DNA from: a virus
Lineage: Duplodnaviria; Caudoviricetes
Length of the DNA: 64,000 bases
IMG/VR virus record: IMGVR_UViG_3300044557_000185
Coordinates: 32,001-96,000 of that record
Reading direction: 5' to 3' (one strand)
The stretch's first letter is position 1; every line of letters begins with the position of its first letter. Of the stretch, positions 40,986 through 50,618 are shown one piece after another. The notes under the pieces are model-generated. The model was not told the DNA's origin. It was given only the letters and a program-made list of their open reading frames with translations, and made no database searches. Position numbers and translations under genes: made by a program.

Positions 40986-41459
40986 CTACTTAAGAGGCAC
41001 ATCGAATTGCTTGTAACGACTCATTCCTCCAGGTAAGCCATAGGAGTCAATGCATTGCGTAGCATATTTGACAGTCACATTGCCACGATTCCCATGAAGA
41101 AGAATCGGTCGCTTATCTCTGCTCAAGAACCAGATAGAGCCATCTTCCTTCCTGAACAGAGTAAGCACATCTTTTCTAGATAGCTCTTCATTTGGCAAGC
41201 GTTCGCTGTCTTCTTTTCTGGCAGCATACATGAATTCTGCATATGCTCCTGCTTTGGGAGCATGGTTCTGATCATACAGAGAGTCTATCGATATGCTGTC
41301 GCAGATCTTGATTCCATCAGCATCAGCAACTGCTTCATAGACAGCATAGCCTTCTACACCTTTACATAGTCTAAAGTAGGTGTCAAGATCATGAAGACGA
41401 ACATGCACTTCATCTCCTGCTTTGACATTGTCTTTCATGTTGATTCTTCTAGCATTCAT
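40986..41459 (-). CDS. hypothetical protein
   Basis: 157-aa ORF on the coding strand. Confidence 0.6.
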   Translation of the reverse strand: MNARRINMKDNVKAGDEVHVRLHDLDTYFRLCKGVEGYAVYEAVADADGIKICDSISIDSLYDQNHAPKAGAYAEFMYAARKEDSERLPNEELSRKDVLTLFRKEDGSIWFLSRDKRPILLHGNRGNVTVKYATQCIDSYGLPGGMSRYKQFDVPLK

Positions 41460-41505
41460 CTCATTCTAGCTTTCCGTTTTTTCTATTGCTAGATTGCTAT
41501 CGCAA

Positions 41506-41937
41506 TCAGATTCCTGTTGATCCGAAGCCAGATGCATCTCTTCCGTCTTCAGACTTGCCCAAGCTTTCTGCTTCTTCCCAATCTGATGAATCTATCGACA
41601 TGACAAGAAGCTGAGCAATTCTGTCGCCAGTCTTGATTTCGAAAGCTTTGTCGCTGTGATTGACAAGATTGACTAGAATCTCTCCTCTGTATCCAGAATC
41701 TACAATTCCTGGAGAGTTCATTACTGTAATTCCATCATGTATAGCTAGACCAGATCGTGGAACTACCATTGCTACTTTGTTCTGATCTAGTCTAATAGCA
41801 ATGCCTGTATGTACGAGCTTGTACTGTCCAGGTTCAATTGTCGTGTCTTCAGAAGAATGCAGATCAGAACCAGCATCAAATGCATGCTTTCTAGTCTGTT
41901 CTTGAGCATTCTCTGCAATCTTATGCCATGCAGTCAT
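41506..41937 (-). CDS. dut: dUTPase (trimeric)
   Basis: AGSDL, PRSGLA, GIVDSGYRGEI, RIAQL and GFGSTG motifs. Confidence 0.95.
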   Translation of the reverse strand: MTAWHKIAENAQEQTRKHAFDAGSDLHSSEDTTIEPGQYKLVHTGIAIRLDQNKVAMVVPRSGLAIHDGITVMNSPGIVDSGYRGEILVNLVNHSDKAFEIKTGDRIAQLLVMSIDSSDWEEAESLGKSEDGRDASGFGSTGI

Positions 41938-42113
41938 TCTATTCCAAGCCTCTTTCTCAATCGTACGTTGTCTTTAGCTAGCTCCAGTATAGTGTCATGC
42001 ACATCGTCTAGAAAGTCATCTACTTGGTCTGCATCATACCAGTCCCTTTTGAATTTAGTCTTGAAGTCGAATACTTTAGCTTCTACATCTTGTGGCTTGA
42101 CAAGTGCAACCAT
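41934..42113 (-). CDS. DivIVA-domain small protein (59 aa)
   Basis: MVALVKPQDVEAKVF...WYDADQVDDFLDDV; AAAGG RBS; below the ORF-track cutoff. Confidence 0.75.
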   Translation of the reverse strand: MVALVKPQDVEAKVFDFKTKFKRDWYDADQVDDFLDDVHDTILELAKDNVRLRKRLGIE

Positions 42114-42209
42114 CTTTAACCCTTTCGTTTATGTTTCTATCTTGCTTTCAATCAGCATGTTCATGTCATATTAATATCCTATCTTTATACTCTGTATATT
42201 CTCAGAATG

Positions 42210-42295
42210 ACGACGTTTATACGTGTGAACCTCTAGTATTCAGTATATATAATTATATATGCTTACAATTCTAAGTCATTAGAGAACAACGTCGT
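42210..42295. repeat. 86-bp palindrome, copy 7 (inverted)
   Basis: ACGACGTTTATAC...TATATAATTATATA...AGAGAACAACGTCGT. Confidence 0.95.
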
Positions 42296-42458
42296 AAATC
42301 TACTCATCTAGAACGTTTTTGCAATATGACTTGTCAAAGTCTTCAAAGATACGAGTAGCTTCTTCATAGCTAATTCCGAACTCTCTGAACAAGTAGTCTA
42401 TGCTGAAGCCTGATTGTATGTATCTATAGAATGGAATATCGTCGCAGCTAGTCATATG

Positions 42459-42860
42459 TCAATCTTTATCTAGTACGTAGACGCATACGTTCAATCTTGG
42501 ATTGACGCCAGCATATCTATATCGTTCCGAACCATCAGACGTATATTGAATCTGATCTAATGACTTGCTATAGATTGTATCGAGTTCAAGAGAATTGACA
42601 AGAGACTTACACGGAATATACTTCATGAAAAGTACGAATATCAAACTATGTGCTACACAGTCGACTTTCACCTGTATGTCGTCTTCTGTCACATTGCATT
42701 CATTGTGACGAAGTCGCCATACGAAGTCTTCTTTGTATGAATCGATGATTTCATCTTTTATTTGCAAGTCGACTGCAAGAGTCAATTTGTAGCAGTACGT
42801 ATCTTTAGACAATCCATTTGAATCTACTTTGATTTTGGCTATTGTGTACGGATCTATCAT
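42459..42860 (-). CDS. hypothetical protein
   Basis: ATGA-coupled to the upstream gene. Confidence 0.6.
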   Translation of the reverse strand: MIDPYTIAKIKVDSNGLSKDTYCYKLTLAVDLQIKDEIIDSYKEDFVWRLRHNECNVTEDDIQVKVDCVAHSLIFVLFMKYIPCKSLVNSLELDTIYSKSLDQIQYTSDGSERYRYAGVNPRLNVCVYVLDKD

Positions 42861-43204
42861 TTGGCGTCCTTAAGACTTTCTTGATACTTTCCAGGCCATG
42901 TATGAACAAATGCATTCTCAATCTGAGCATAACGATTGATTACAATTGGAGTAGATGGGAACGGAATGTAGCTGTATATCTTCTTTCCATTTTCATTCTT
43001 TACTGTTATCTTAAGCAGCACACGATCTGGAATAGTAGACGTCTCATATTGGAAAGCAAATTCTGTTCCTACTACATCTAGCATAGCAGTTCTAGCTTCT
43101 TCATATGAATCTGCTTCTACAAGAACTACTTCATCTGCACTGATATTGCCTAGCACCGGATGAGGCTCATAGTCGTACTTGCTTCCGAATGTGAAATAGT
43201 ACAT
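42857..43204 (-). CDS. hypothetical protein
   Basis: AAGGAG RBS after an early promoter. Confidence 0.75.
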   Translation of the reverse strand: MYYFTFGSKYDYEPHPVLGNISADEVVLVEADSYEEARTAMLDVVGTEFAFQYETSTIPDRVLLKITVKNENGKKIYSYIPFPSTPIVINRYAQIENAFVHTWPGKYQESLKDAK

Positions 43205-43250
43205 CGTGTTTAACTCCTTTCTTTTTTGATTGTTTTTAATCTATAGTTAT

Positions 43251-43279
43251 ATTATATAACACTTTTGAATAGATGTAAA
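43251..43279 (-). promoter_or_regulatory. sigma70-like early promoter
   Basis: TTTACA-N17-TATAAT. Confidence 0.75.
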
Positions 43280-43300
43280 ATCGACATGAAAAGAATATAG

Positions 43301-43328
43301 AAAAAGCCCAGCTTATCGGGCTGGGCTT
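43301..43328 (-). terminator. rho-independent terminator
   Basis: AAGCCCAGC/GCTGGGCTT stem plus U-tract. Confidence 0.8.
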
Positions 43329-43404
43329 AGACTAGACTTCATGACATAGTCATGTCAAGTGTAAATGCTATATTCGAACATCAAAAAGATGTCAATTCAG
43401 CAGA

Positions 43405-44556
43405 TTATTTCTTTGCAGATTCAGTTATCGGAACATTCTCACCATGGGCTTCAATTTCATCTTCAACAGTCTCTTCTGCTTCACCGTTTCTGTATTCGAC
43501 TAGATCTGCAAGCATATCTGCTAGCTCATTGTCAGGATCAAGCGCTAATTGATCAGACAGTGCTGAAATAGCTGCATCTAGATTAGATACGTCATGCGCT
43601 TTCTTTACAGAAGCTTTATGCTTCGAGGCATTGACATTGGAAGCTACCCATGCATCAGCAGCACGTTTTGCTTCAGAAAATGTATAGTAATCAGCATCAG
43701 CATCAAAGTACACGGTTTCACCAGTTTCAGCGTCTACGATTTCAAAATTGACATTGTAGTCGTCACCGTTTGCTTCGAAAAGTCTAACTGTAGCTGCGTA
43801 GCCATTGCCATAGTCTTTATACTCTGAACCATTAAGCTGAACTATAGACGCGTAGCCATCGCTATAGTCGTCATACTCTGAGCCATATGGTTCGACGCCT
43901 GTATCAATCCAGCCTTCAGAAGCTTTCTTTGCAGATGCTTCAGTAGCGAATGGATCGTCTGCTTCCTTATCATCATCAAGATCTGCAGCGTTGTAGCAAG
44001 CATTCTCAGCTTCCTCGAACGAGTCGAATCCATAGAAGGTGTCATTAAGAAGACCATTGACTGACGATGTAGCATCAAAATGCTCAATGCCATCCTCATC
44101 TACATACGACTGAATCGTGAACTCGTCTTTTCCAGTGTCGTATGTCCATTCTTTGATCTTTCCATAGTCTGGGTCGTCATATGACTCCAAAGACCAGTCG
44201 AAGTCGTCAGCAGCTGTCTTCTTAGCAGCCATAGTAATTCCTCCATTTTCAGCTGATTCGCTTGCAGCATCTTCAGCAGACATTTTCGTGTACCATCTAA
44301 TTGCATTATCATACAAAGCTAGAAGATCGCCTCCATCTCCTACAGCAGTGAATGCATAATTGAATCCGTCTTCGCCATCGTATTGCAGAACTACATTGTA
44401 GCTCTTAGCAGAAGACTTCAGACTAGAATAGAGATCTTGCACATCTGAAACATCCCAGATTCCCAAGTCGTCAGAAGCTATCTCAAACTTCATGGTATTG
44501 CTCAATGCATTCAGCCTTTCTCGGTAGAATAGATGCGATTCATATGGAAGAATCAT
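43405..44556 (-). CDS. acidic multi-domain protein with KKA linkers (putative internal head polyprotein); start may be 44493
   Basis: AAKKTA, ASAKKA and ASKHKASVKKA linkers like those of 4845..6161. Confidence 0.6.
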   Translation of the reverse strand: MILPYESHLFYRERLNALSNTMKFEIASDDLGIWDVSDVQDLYSSLKSSAKSYNVVLQYDGEDGFNYAFTAVGDGGDLLALYDNAIRWYTKMSAEDAASESAENGGITMAAKKTAADDFDWSLESYDDPDYGKIKEWTYDTGKDEFTIQSYVDEDGIEHFDATSSVNGLLNDTFYGFDSFEEAENACYNAADLDDDKEADDPFATEASAKKASEGWIDTGVEPYGSEYDDYSDGYASIVQLNGSEYKDYGNGYAATVRLFEANGDDYNVNFEIVDAETGETVYFDADADYYTFSEAKRAADAWVASNVNASKHKASVKKAHDVSNLDAAISALSDQLALDPDNELADMLADLVEYRNGEAEETVEDEIEAHGENVPITESAKK

Positions 44557-44629
44557 GATGTGATGACAAGATCCATATAGTTATATTATATCATCAACGC
44601 TATTCTATTCGCATCAATCTCGATCAATG

Positions 44630-45589
44630 CTAGTTCAGATTGACTTGCACTGCAGTAGAGTCCTGAGTGTCTCCATCTTGGATTTCTATGATTCCACGAG
44701 CTCCATAGAACATCAACGGTGCTTGACGATTATGAATGTCCATAAGCTGAGACCAAGTCACATCTGCATCTGTCGAATGAATCAGATTCTTAGTGCAGTT
44801 GATAGCATCTGCGCCATTAGCTACCATTTCTGTAGAGTCATTCCATACAAGCTCATTGTCATTGATGAAGCCAAGCTTCGCATATTGCGACGTAGTCACA
44901 TCAGCAAAGCAAGTGTCCATGATCTGCTGTTTTAGCTGCGATGAAGAGGGAGTTGCATCACTGTCACTAGAATCTGACTGAGAATCATCTTGCTGGTCAT
45001 TATCGCTAGAACTGCTATCTGAATCAGACGAAGAATCAGACGATGGTTCAGGCTTGAAGTAAGTATCATACGTAGCTTCTGTCATAGCTGCGAATTGATA
45101 CTTGCCATATTCGTTCTTGAACAAGAAGAACCAATAGTCTCCATTCTGTTTTGCTTTAATGCCAGCAGTGGCTACAGTCTCATCACTGCCCTTGTCAGCG
45201 TCATGCTTGACTATCGAATTAAGATTGCCCTTGTCTACTCCAAGATTAGTCGCAATGCAGTCGAAGTACTTCGTATTGCTGTATGGAGACATTGATGAAG
45301 TTGATGCCATGTAGTCATCAGCACTGAAACCGTCATCTTTAAAAGAGGAGTTCATTTCATTGTCGCATCTACTGAAAGCAGCATTGAGACCTACTGCATT
45401 AGCCTTCTGAACGTATGAATTAATCGCTAAGCATGTTGCCGCTACAGCAACTGCTACGCCAACTCCAATTGCAATTTTCTTGATCGTGTCACGCTTCTTG
45501 CTGTCTGGATCAGGAGCTTGTGCAGATGGGTGCGATATGTGAGCGCTGTCATACTGCCAATTCGGGTTGTTCTGATTTTGAATGTTCAT
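44630..45589 (-). CDS. membrane-anchored extracytoplasmic protein
   Basis: One TM helix, paired Cys, Ser/Asp linker, own promoter. Confidence 0.7.
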   Translation of the reverse strand: MNIQNQNNPNWQYDSAHISHPSAQAPDPDSKKRDTIKKIAIGVGVAVAVAATCLAINSYVQKANAVGLNAAFSRCDNEMNSSFKDDGFSADDYMASTSSMSPYSNTKYFDCIATNLGVDKGNLNSIVKHDADKGSDETVATAGIKAKQNGDYWFFLFKNEYGKYQFAAMTEATYDTYFKPEPSSDSSSDSDSSSSDNDQQDDSQSDSSDSDATPSSSQLKQQIMDTCFADVTTSQYAKLGFINDNELVWNDSTEMVANGADAINCTKNLIHSTDADVTWSQLMDIHNRQAPLMFYGARGIIEIQDGDTQDSTAVQVNLN

Positions 45590-45651
45590 GATTCAAGCCT
45601 TTCATTCCTTTCATGTCATCGATGTAAGCTATTTGTTTAGCTTATAGTTAT

Positions 45652-45680
45652 ATTATATACCATAAGGCAAGCAAAGTAAA
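45652..45680 (-). promoter_or_regulatory. sigma70-like early promoter
   Basis: TTTACT-N17-TATAAT. Confidence 0.75.
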
Positions 45681-45696
45681 ATCGACAGCTAAAGTT

Positions 45697-45782
45697 ATGA
45701 CGTTGTTCTCTAGTAACATAGAATATGAAGCATATATAATTATATAGACATGATACTGTAAGTTAGCAGAGATAAACCTCGT
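45697..45782. repeat. 86-bp palindrome, copy 8
   Basis: ATGACGTTGTTCTCT...TATATAATTATATA...CAGAGATAAACCTCGT. Confidence 0.93.
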
Positions 45783-45972
45783 TAATCTGGTGACATGCCA
45801 GTGTCATATGTATGATTGAAAAATCAAATGCTTGTAGTATTGCTAGTTCGATATTGCGTTTCGATGACGAATGGTGACTTGCAATATGGACAGACTTCTA
45901 TGAATCGACCATAGTGTAGAGGCTGCCATTCAGGCTTTACGAATATGTGGCAATGGGTGCAGTATTGCATGT

Positions 45973-46272
45973 CTATTCCTTGCTATGCTTGATGATTCGT
46001 GACATTGGCGTTTTTCTGTCTGCTGCTTTGCCAATCAGAATGTCTATATGACATCCAAGTGCATTTGCATATGCAGCTAAAGCTTCAAGTTCATTATCTA
46101 TTACTTTGTACAAGTCAAAGTCTGAATCGACATTCATAAGCATCTTGATCGTCTCGACGTTCTTACTATTCTCTATGCTCAAGTCATGCAGAGCTTTGAT
46201 GATGTCAGGATGCTTGAATCTGGAATAGTCTGTGAAGGCTTCTGCTTGTCTGTCGTCACTCATCAGAATCAA
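45973..46272 (-). CDS. hypothetical protein
   Basis: ORF on the coding strand. Confidence 0.55.
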   Translation of the reverse strand: MILMSDDRQAEAFTDYSRFKHPDIIKALHDLSIENSKNVETIKMLMNVDSDFDLYKVIDNELEALAAYANALGCHIDILIGKAADRKTPMSRIIKHSKE

Positions 46273-46882
46273 CCATTGTAGCTGTCATTCCATCGATCTT
46301 GTATTTGCTGATCTTGTGCTTTCTTTCAGAAGCTGAAGTATCGAATGCATAAGCTGGATGAGTCTGCTTCATAGTCTTGACTACAGCTCGTTCTGTCATG
46401 ACAGCATTGTACATCTTGATGATTTCATCTTCATCTAATTCGATGAAAGTAGTCTCAAGACCATCGAACAGTCGATACAATCTCCAATCGTTTTCAGTCT
46501 TGACTAGTTCAGTCCATTCACCTATTGCGTAGCTATGGACTTTGCTGTCATGCTTGAATGGATCGTATTCGTCTTCATCAATTGGCATCAGGAAAATAGC
46601 AATATCGTGTCTGTCAAGCAGTTCAATGAAATTAGACCATGTATTACGGATGCCATAGTCGTCATCATAAATGCAATCGTCTTCGAATAGAAGCTGCCAA
46701 AACGTTATGAATGCGTTGGCATCATGAAACAGAATCGATACTTCTTTCTCGTCTGGCATGACTTCATCATTGAATTCGAATGTGCCATTGCTGCCAGACA
46801 GCAAGAACTTATGATGGATGTACTTCTCAGACAGAACTGTCTCCATGACTTTGCGATTCGATTCTTTTCTTTGCTCATTCAT
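46256..46882 (-). CDS. hypothetical protein
   Basis: 208 aa; RBS lies in the flank of repeat copy 9. Confidence 0.65.
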   Translation of the reverse strand: MNEQRKESNRKVMETVLSEKYIHHKFLLSGSNGTFEFNDEVMPDEKEVSILFHDANAFITFWQLLFEDDCIYDDDYGIRNTWSNFIELLDRHDIAIFLMPIDEDEYDPFKHDSKVHSYAIGEWTELVKTENDWRLYRLFDGLETTFIELDEDEIIKMYNAVMTERAVVKTMKQTHPAYAFDTSASERKHKISKYKIDGMTATMVDSDE

Positions 46883-46923
46883 ATTTCATATCCTAAATCT
46901 ATATCCAGTATATCCTACGATTA

Positions 46924-47009
46924 ACGACGTTTAATTGTGTGAACTTCTAAGCATAAGTATTATAAATTATATATACTTAAGCTTTCGTATCAATCTAGAT
47001 CAATCTGAT
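46924..47009. repeat. 86-bp palindrome, copy 9 (inverted, variant arm)
   Basis: ACGACGTTTAATTGTGTGAAC...TATAAATTATATA...AGATCAATCT. Confidence 0.88.
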
Positions 47010-47029
47010 ACTTTCATTACTAACTACTT

Positions 47030-47221
47030 TCATGTAAGCGCCATTACTAAGACAACGATCAGATTGATTGCAGTCAGCAAAGACAATAGCATTAAAGCCA
47101 TTGACAAATCCACTTTCAATTGCTCATGCTTGTCTTTTGCAGCTAGAATCAGAATAGTTACGGACAGAATGCTTGATATGCATGTGAATACAGCTGACAG
47201 AATAAGCAGAAATTCAATCAT
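47030..47221 (-). CDS. small two-TM membrane protein
   Basis: ATGA-coupled to the glycosyltransferase gene. Confidence 0.6.
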   Translation of the reverse strand: MIEFLLILSAVFTCISSILSVTILILAAKDKHEQLKVDLSMALMLLSLLTAINLIVVLVMALT

Positions 47222-48609
47222 GGTCTCATCTCTTTGAATCGTCTTACAATCCTAAGTATCAAGAATGTCATTGACAATGAAGACAGAATTGTCATAAAAG
47301 CTAGTGAGCGCCATCCCACAGTCATCACCATACTACCTACTGCTGGTGCATATCGCAATAGGAAGATAAGTCCTATCATCGGTAGTGAGAATGACACAGT
47401 GAGCACCATCCAGCCGGAAACATTGACATGCTTGCTCGAAGACTCAGCTTTGTACTGCTTCTTCCATCCATCAGAACGAAGATTCAGCAAAAGCGATACT
47501 AAAGACTCTATCCAGACAGATAGCGTTCGTAGATAGTAGATCTCACCTGGAATGAAGACCAAAGCACGAAAGACTTCTCCAAAAGACCTGTCTGGTATTC
47601 TTACTGCAATCAATGTCGATTGAATGATAGCAAGAACGATTGGTGTAAGCCACCACAGCGACAAAGAAAGATTGCCAGTCAAAATGTCTGCTCCAGCAAG
47701 CGAGACAAACAGCACTCGAAGAATGACATTCCACCCAAGAACCAATTGGTCACGCCATCTTCTTCTATCCTGATATGGATGGAATTCACGAGTGAGGTCG
47801 TCAAAATGACCATCCTGCCATTTTCGTCTTTGACTGTGCCATTGGTATGAGTGAAGCATCAAACCAGTCCAAGCTCTTGCTTGTAACGATACTCGTGCCT
47901 CCAGTCCCAAACGAGACCCGATTCTTGTAAGCTGTGCATCCTCAACCTTGCTTGATGCATCCCATGGAAGTCGATTGGGCATTGTCTTCGCTATCGAATC
48001 AAGAGCTTTCATGCTGAACAATGTAGCTTGACCACCAAGAATAGATGTATGCTGACCTCTGAGTTGTGCACGAACCTCAGTCATTGCGAATTCGACACGT
48101 TGACCAGAGACAAGAGAACGAGAAAAGTTTGAATTCGTATCTGGTTTGCGGAATGCATAGCGTGCACGAACTCCAAGTGCAAGAGGCCATTGCTTCATGT
48201 CATGCTCAAGATGCTCTACCATATGAGAGTCAGCCTCTACATCAGCGTCACATCCAAGAATCATCATAGTGTTTGGAAAGTCATGACGAATGCATGAATA
48301 CCCTTCATTAAGCGCATTAGCTTTTCCTGGAACATGAAGTCTGATGACATGAATATTGGGAAAGCAACCGGCGTATGTCTGCGCCATCTTTGCTGAGACA
48401 TCGCTGATTCCGCTTCCGTTTATGACAATCAGTATGTTGTTGATTCTACGTGTCTGTCGCAAAAGAGAATCAAGAGTAACATCGAGCGATTCTTCTTTCT
48501 CATATGTCGGAATCAAAGCTGTAATCTCATTGTCTGTTTGCTGTTGCACGTCAATGAATCTGTGCAGACGACCTATCTGTCGTTCAATGAAATCAAGTGT
48601 CGCCCACAT
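47218..48609 (-). CDS. membrane GT2 glycosyltransferase (processive synthase-like)
   Basis: IPTYEKE, GKANALN, DAD, VED and QRRKW motifs; C-terminal TM helices. Confidence 0.88.
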   Translation of the reverse strand: MWATLDFIERQIGRLHRFIDVQQQTDNEITALIPTYEKEESLDVTLDSLLRQTRRINNILIVINGSGISDVSAKMAQTYAGCFPNIHVIRLHVPGKANALNEGYSCIRHDFPNTMMILGCDADVEADSHMVEHLEHDMKQWPLALGVRARYAFRKPDTNSNFSRSLVSGQRVEFAMTEVRAQLRGQHTSILGGQATLFSMKALDSIAKTMPNRLPWDASSKVEDAQLTRIGSRLGLEARVSLQARAWTGLMLHSYQWHSQRRKWQDGHFDDLTREFHPYQDRRRWRDQLVLGWNVILRVLFVSLAGADILTGNLSLSLWWLTPIVLAIIQSTLIAVRIPDRSFGEVFRALVFIPGEIYYLRTLSVWIESLVSLLLNLRSDGWKKQYKAESSSKHVNVSGWMVLTVSFSLPMIGLIFLLRYAPAVGSMVMTVGWRSLAFMTILSSLSMTFLILRIVRRFKEMRP

Positions 48610-48923
48610 GAATGGTTTTTTGTCGTACTGCTATGTCGGTGTTCATGATTGCTCATTCTTTCATGTCTAGTCCTTGACTAGTCGATAGTCTCTACGCTGC
48701 TGGTCATGCACAGTCTTGTCTACTTCATTGTCAAGAGCGAACACGTTGCTTGCTCTTACTACAGTTCCATTGACTTCGCACCAGAAGCCATTGTCATCTT
48801 CATGAACTTCTACTATTTGCTTCTTCATTCTGATTTCGATTCCTTGTCTTGATATTGCTTAAGTTTACGCTTCAGCGTGATTCGTTCTTTGTAAAGACTA
48901 TCAATCAGTTTATTGAGTCGATT

Positions 48924-49595
48924 TCATTCTGATGCTGTCTTAAGAGCGTTTTCGATTGTGCAGCTGTCTATATTCATTTTAGCATCACCAACATAAAGCT
49001 TATAACTGCCATTATGCCTTTTGATGCTGACAGTAATGCCTCCTTTTGTCTTAGCATATAGCCCCTTAAGCAAATAGACTGGAATCACCCAAATCTTATC
49101 GAAGTTAATGCTTACGAAAACGAAGTAGTCTACATAGTCAAGAAGCCTCTTATTCAATATGCCAAACACATTCCTGCTGTATTTGCTTGAATTGCTTGAA
49201 TACAGTCTAATTGAAAAGCTTGATTCGTCAGCTTTGAATACTGTGCAAATCTCAGAATTCCAATTAGTAGAAAGACCGATATCGCACATCTTATCATTGA
49301 ACATGCTAATAGCTTTTTCTCTACTAGAAGTTCTTGGTTCGTCTTGAATCTTAGCTTCTTTGAATCCATCAAGTGCATTATACTGCTTGACTTTGTCAAA
49401 GAAGTCATTATTGAATGAACGTTCTAGAGACTTCCATTTTTCGTCTTGATCGTCAGAATCGCATTCAGTAGATTTTCTGATGAAGTCTAGCAAATCATTC
49501 AATTTGCTTGAATCAAGATAAGATTCAATCGTGACATGCCCATAGATATTGTCTTCGCATTCGATATTGAGCTTCAACTTCTTGTCGTTTGCCAT
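48924..49595 (-). CDS. hypothetical protein
   Basis: First gene after an early promoter; start adjusted. Confidence 0.65.
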   Translation of the reverse strand: MANDKKLKLNIECEDNIYGHVTIESYLDSSKLNDLLDFIRKSTECDSDDQDEKWKSLERSFNNDFFDKVKQYNALDGFKEAKIQDEPRTSSREKAISMFNDKMCDIGLSTNWNSEICTVFKADESSFSIRLYSSNSSKYSRNVFGILNKRLLDYVDYFVFVSINFDKIWVIPVYLLKGLYAKTKGGITVSIKRHNGSYKLYVGDAKMNIDSCTIENALKTASE

Positions 49596-49634
49596 CGTGC
49601 ATTCACTTTCTTGTTTGTTTTGATTTATAGTTAT

Positions 49635-49663
49635 ATTATATAACATAATCTATAGAATGTAAA
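49635..49663 (-). promoter_or_regulatory. sigma70-like early promoter
   Basis: TTTACA-N17-TATAAT. Confidence 0.75.
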
Positions 49664-49755
49664 ATCGATATCGCAATCATATACGCAATCATCGTCTGAA
49701 CTGCATTTTGCTGTCATATCGCTTTTTCAATGATAGCACATCATCAGTCTATGTC

Positions 49756-49962
49756 TTATTGTCTATAGCAATCATAATCATGTGGATTGTCTGGAACTTG
49801 ATCAGTCACATCAATCCAAGTCTTTCCTGCAAGCTTCCAGTACTTTGGGTCAACGCAGTCATCTTTGACTTTTGGAAGCTCGCCAATGTATTCGAATTCG
49901 CCATCTGGAAGACATCCGCAAGTGTGCTTGTATTTTGGATGCCGAAGCTTTCTCATCTTCAT
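49756..49962 (-). CDS. hypothetical protein
   Basis: Small ORF with RBS-like sequence. Confidence 0.55.
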   Translation of the reverse strand: MKMRKLRHPKYKHTCGCLPDGEFEYIGELPKVKDDCVDPKYWKLAGKTWIDVTDQVPDNPHDYDCYRQ

Positions 49963-49980
49963 GATCGTCTTTTCTTTCTT

Positions 49981-50205
49981 TCAATTGTCGAACTTCTCAA
50001 TGATCAATGCCACTATGCCTGTCACGATCGTAATAACAAACACAACTACGAATACTGCTAACACAATCAAAAACGGTGCATACAACGGCAATGTAACAAG
50101 CCACCAAGACCAGTCTATGTAATGCATCAGTTTCAGAACTATGAACGCTACACCAAGCAGTTCTAGGAATGATATTCCAGAATAGTATGTTTTGCTATCT
50201 CGCAT
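49981..50205 (-). CDS. small phage membrane protein
   Basis: LLGVAFIVLKL..YIDWSWWLVTLP, a recurrent phage membrane-protein motif. Confidence 0.75.
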   Translation of the reverse strand: MRDSKTYYSGISFLELLGVAFIVLKLMHYIDWSWWLVTLPLYAPFLIVLAVFVVVFVITIVTGIVALIIEKFDN

Positions 50206-50279
50206 TTTTGCTTTCCGTACAGATCTAAGTATTTTTGCTTATAGTCATATCGCATAGCAACTTATTGCAAATGTAAGAT

Positions 50280-50561
50280 TCACATAGAACCATGCATGAA
50301 TTTGTCTTTCAGCATAGTCGTAAAGCATTCTATGATTTCAAACGTATCTAGACCATCTTCAGTCTTTTCTGCAATCATCTTTCTGATTTCTGCTTCTTCT
50401 TGATTGTCTAATTCGACTAGACTTACTGCATAGTCACGCAATGCATCTGAAGCTTTTCTGAGTCCATCAACGTATCCATCGTCAGTCTTGATTGAATTGA
50501 CTATAGCAAAAGCTTCCATCATGTCATTAATGCCATGCTTTGTCAATGCTTTTTCAGTCAT
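50280..50561 (-). CDS. hypothetical protein
   Basis: ORF with RBS-like sequence. Confidence 0.6.
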   Translation of the reverse strand: MTEKALTKHGINDMMEAFAIVNSIKTDDGYVDGLRKASDALRDYAVSLVELDNQEEAEIRKMIAEKTEDGLDTFEIIECFTTMLKDKFMHGSM

Positions 50562-50618
50562 TTAAGTTCTTCTTTCTATTTCATATATTAGATATGAATC
50601 TAATGTATCCTCAGTGTT

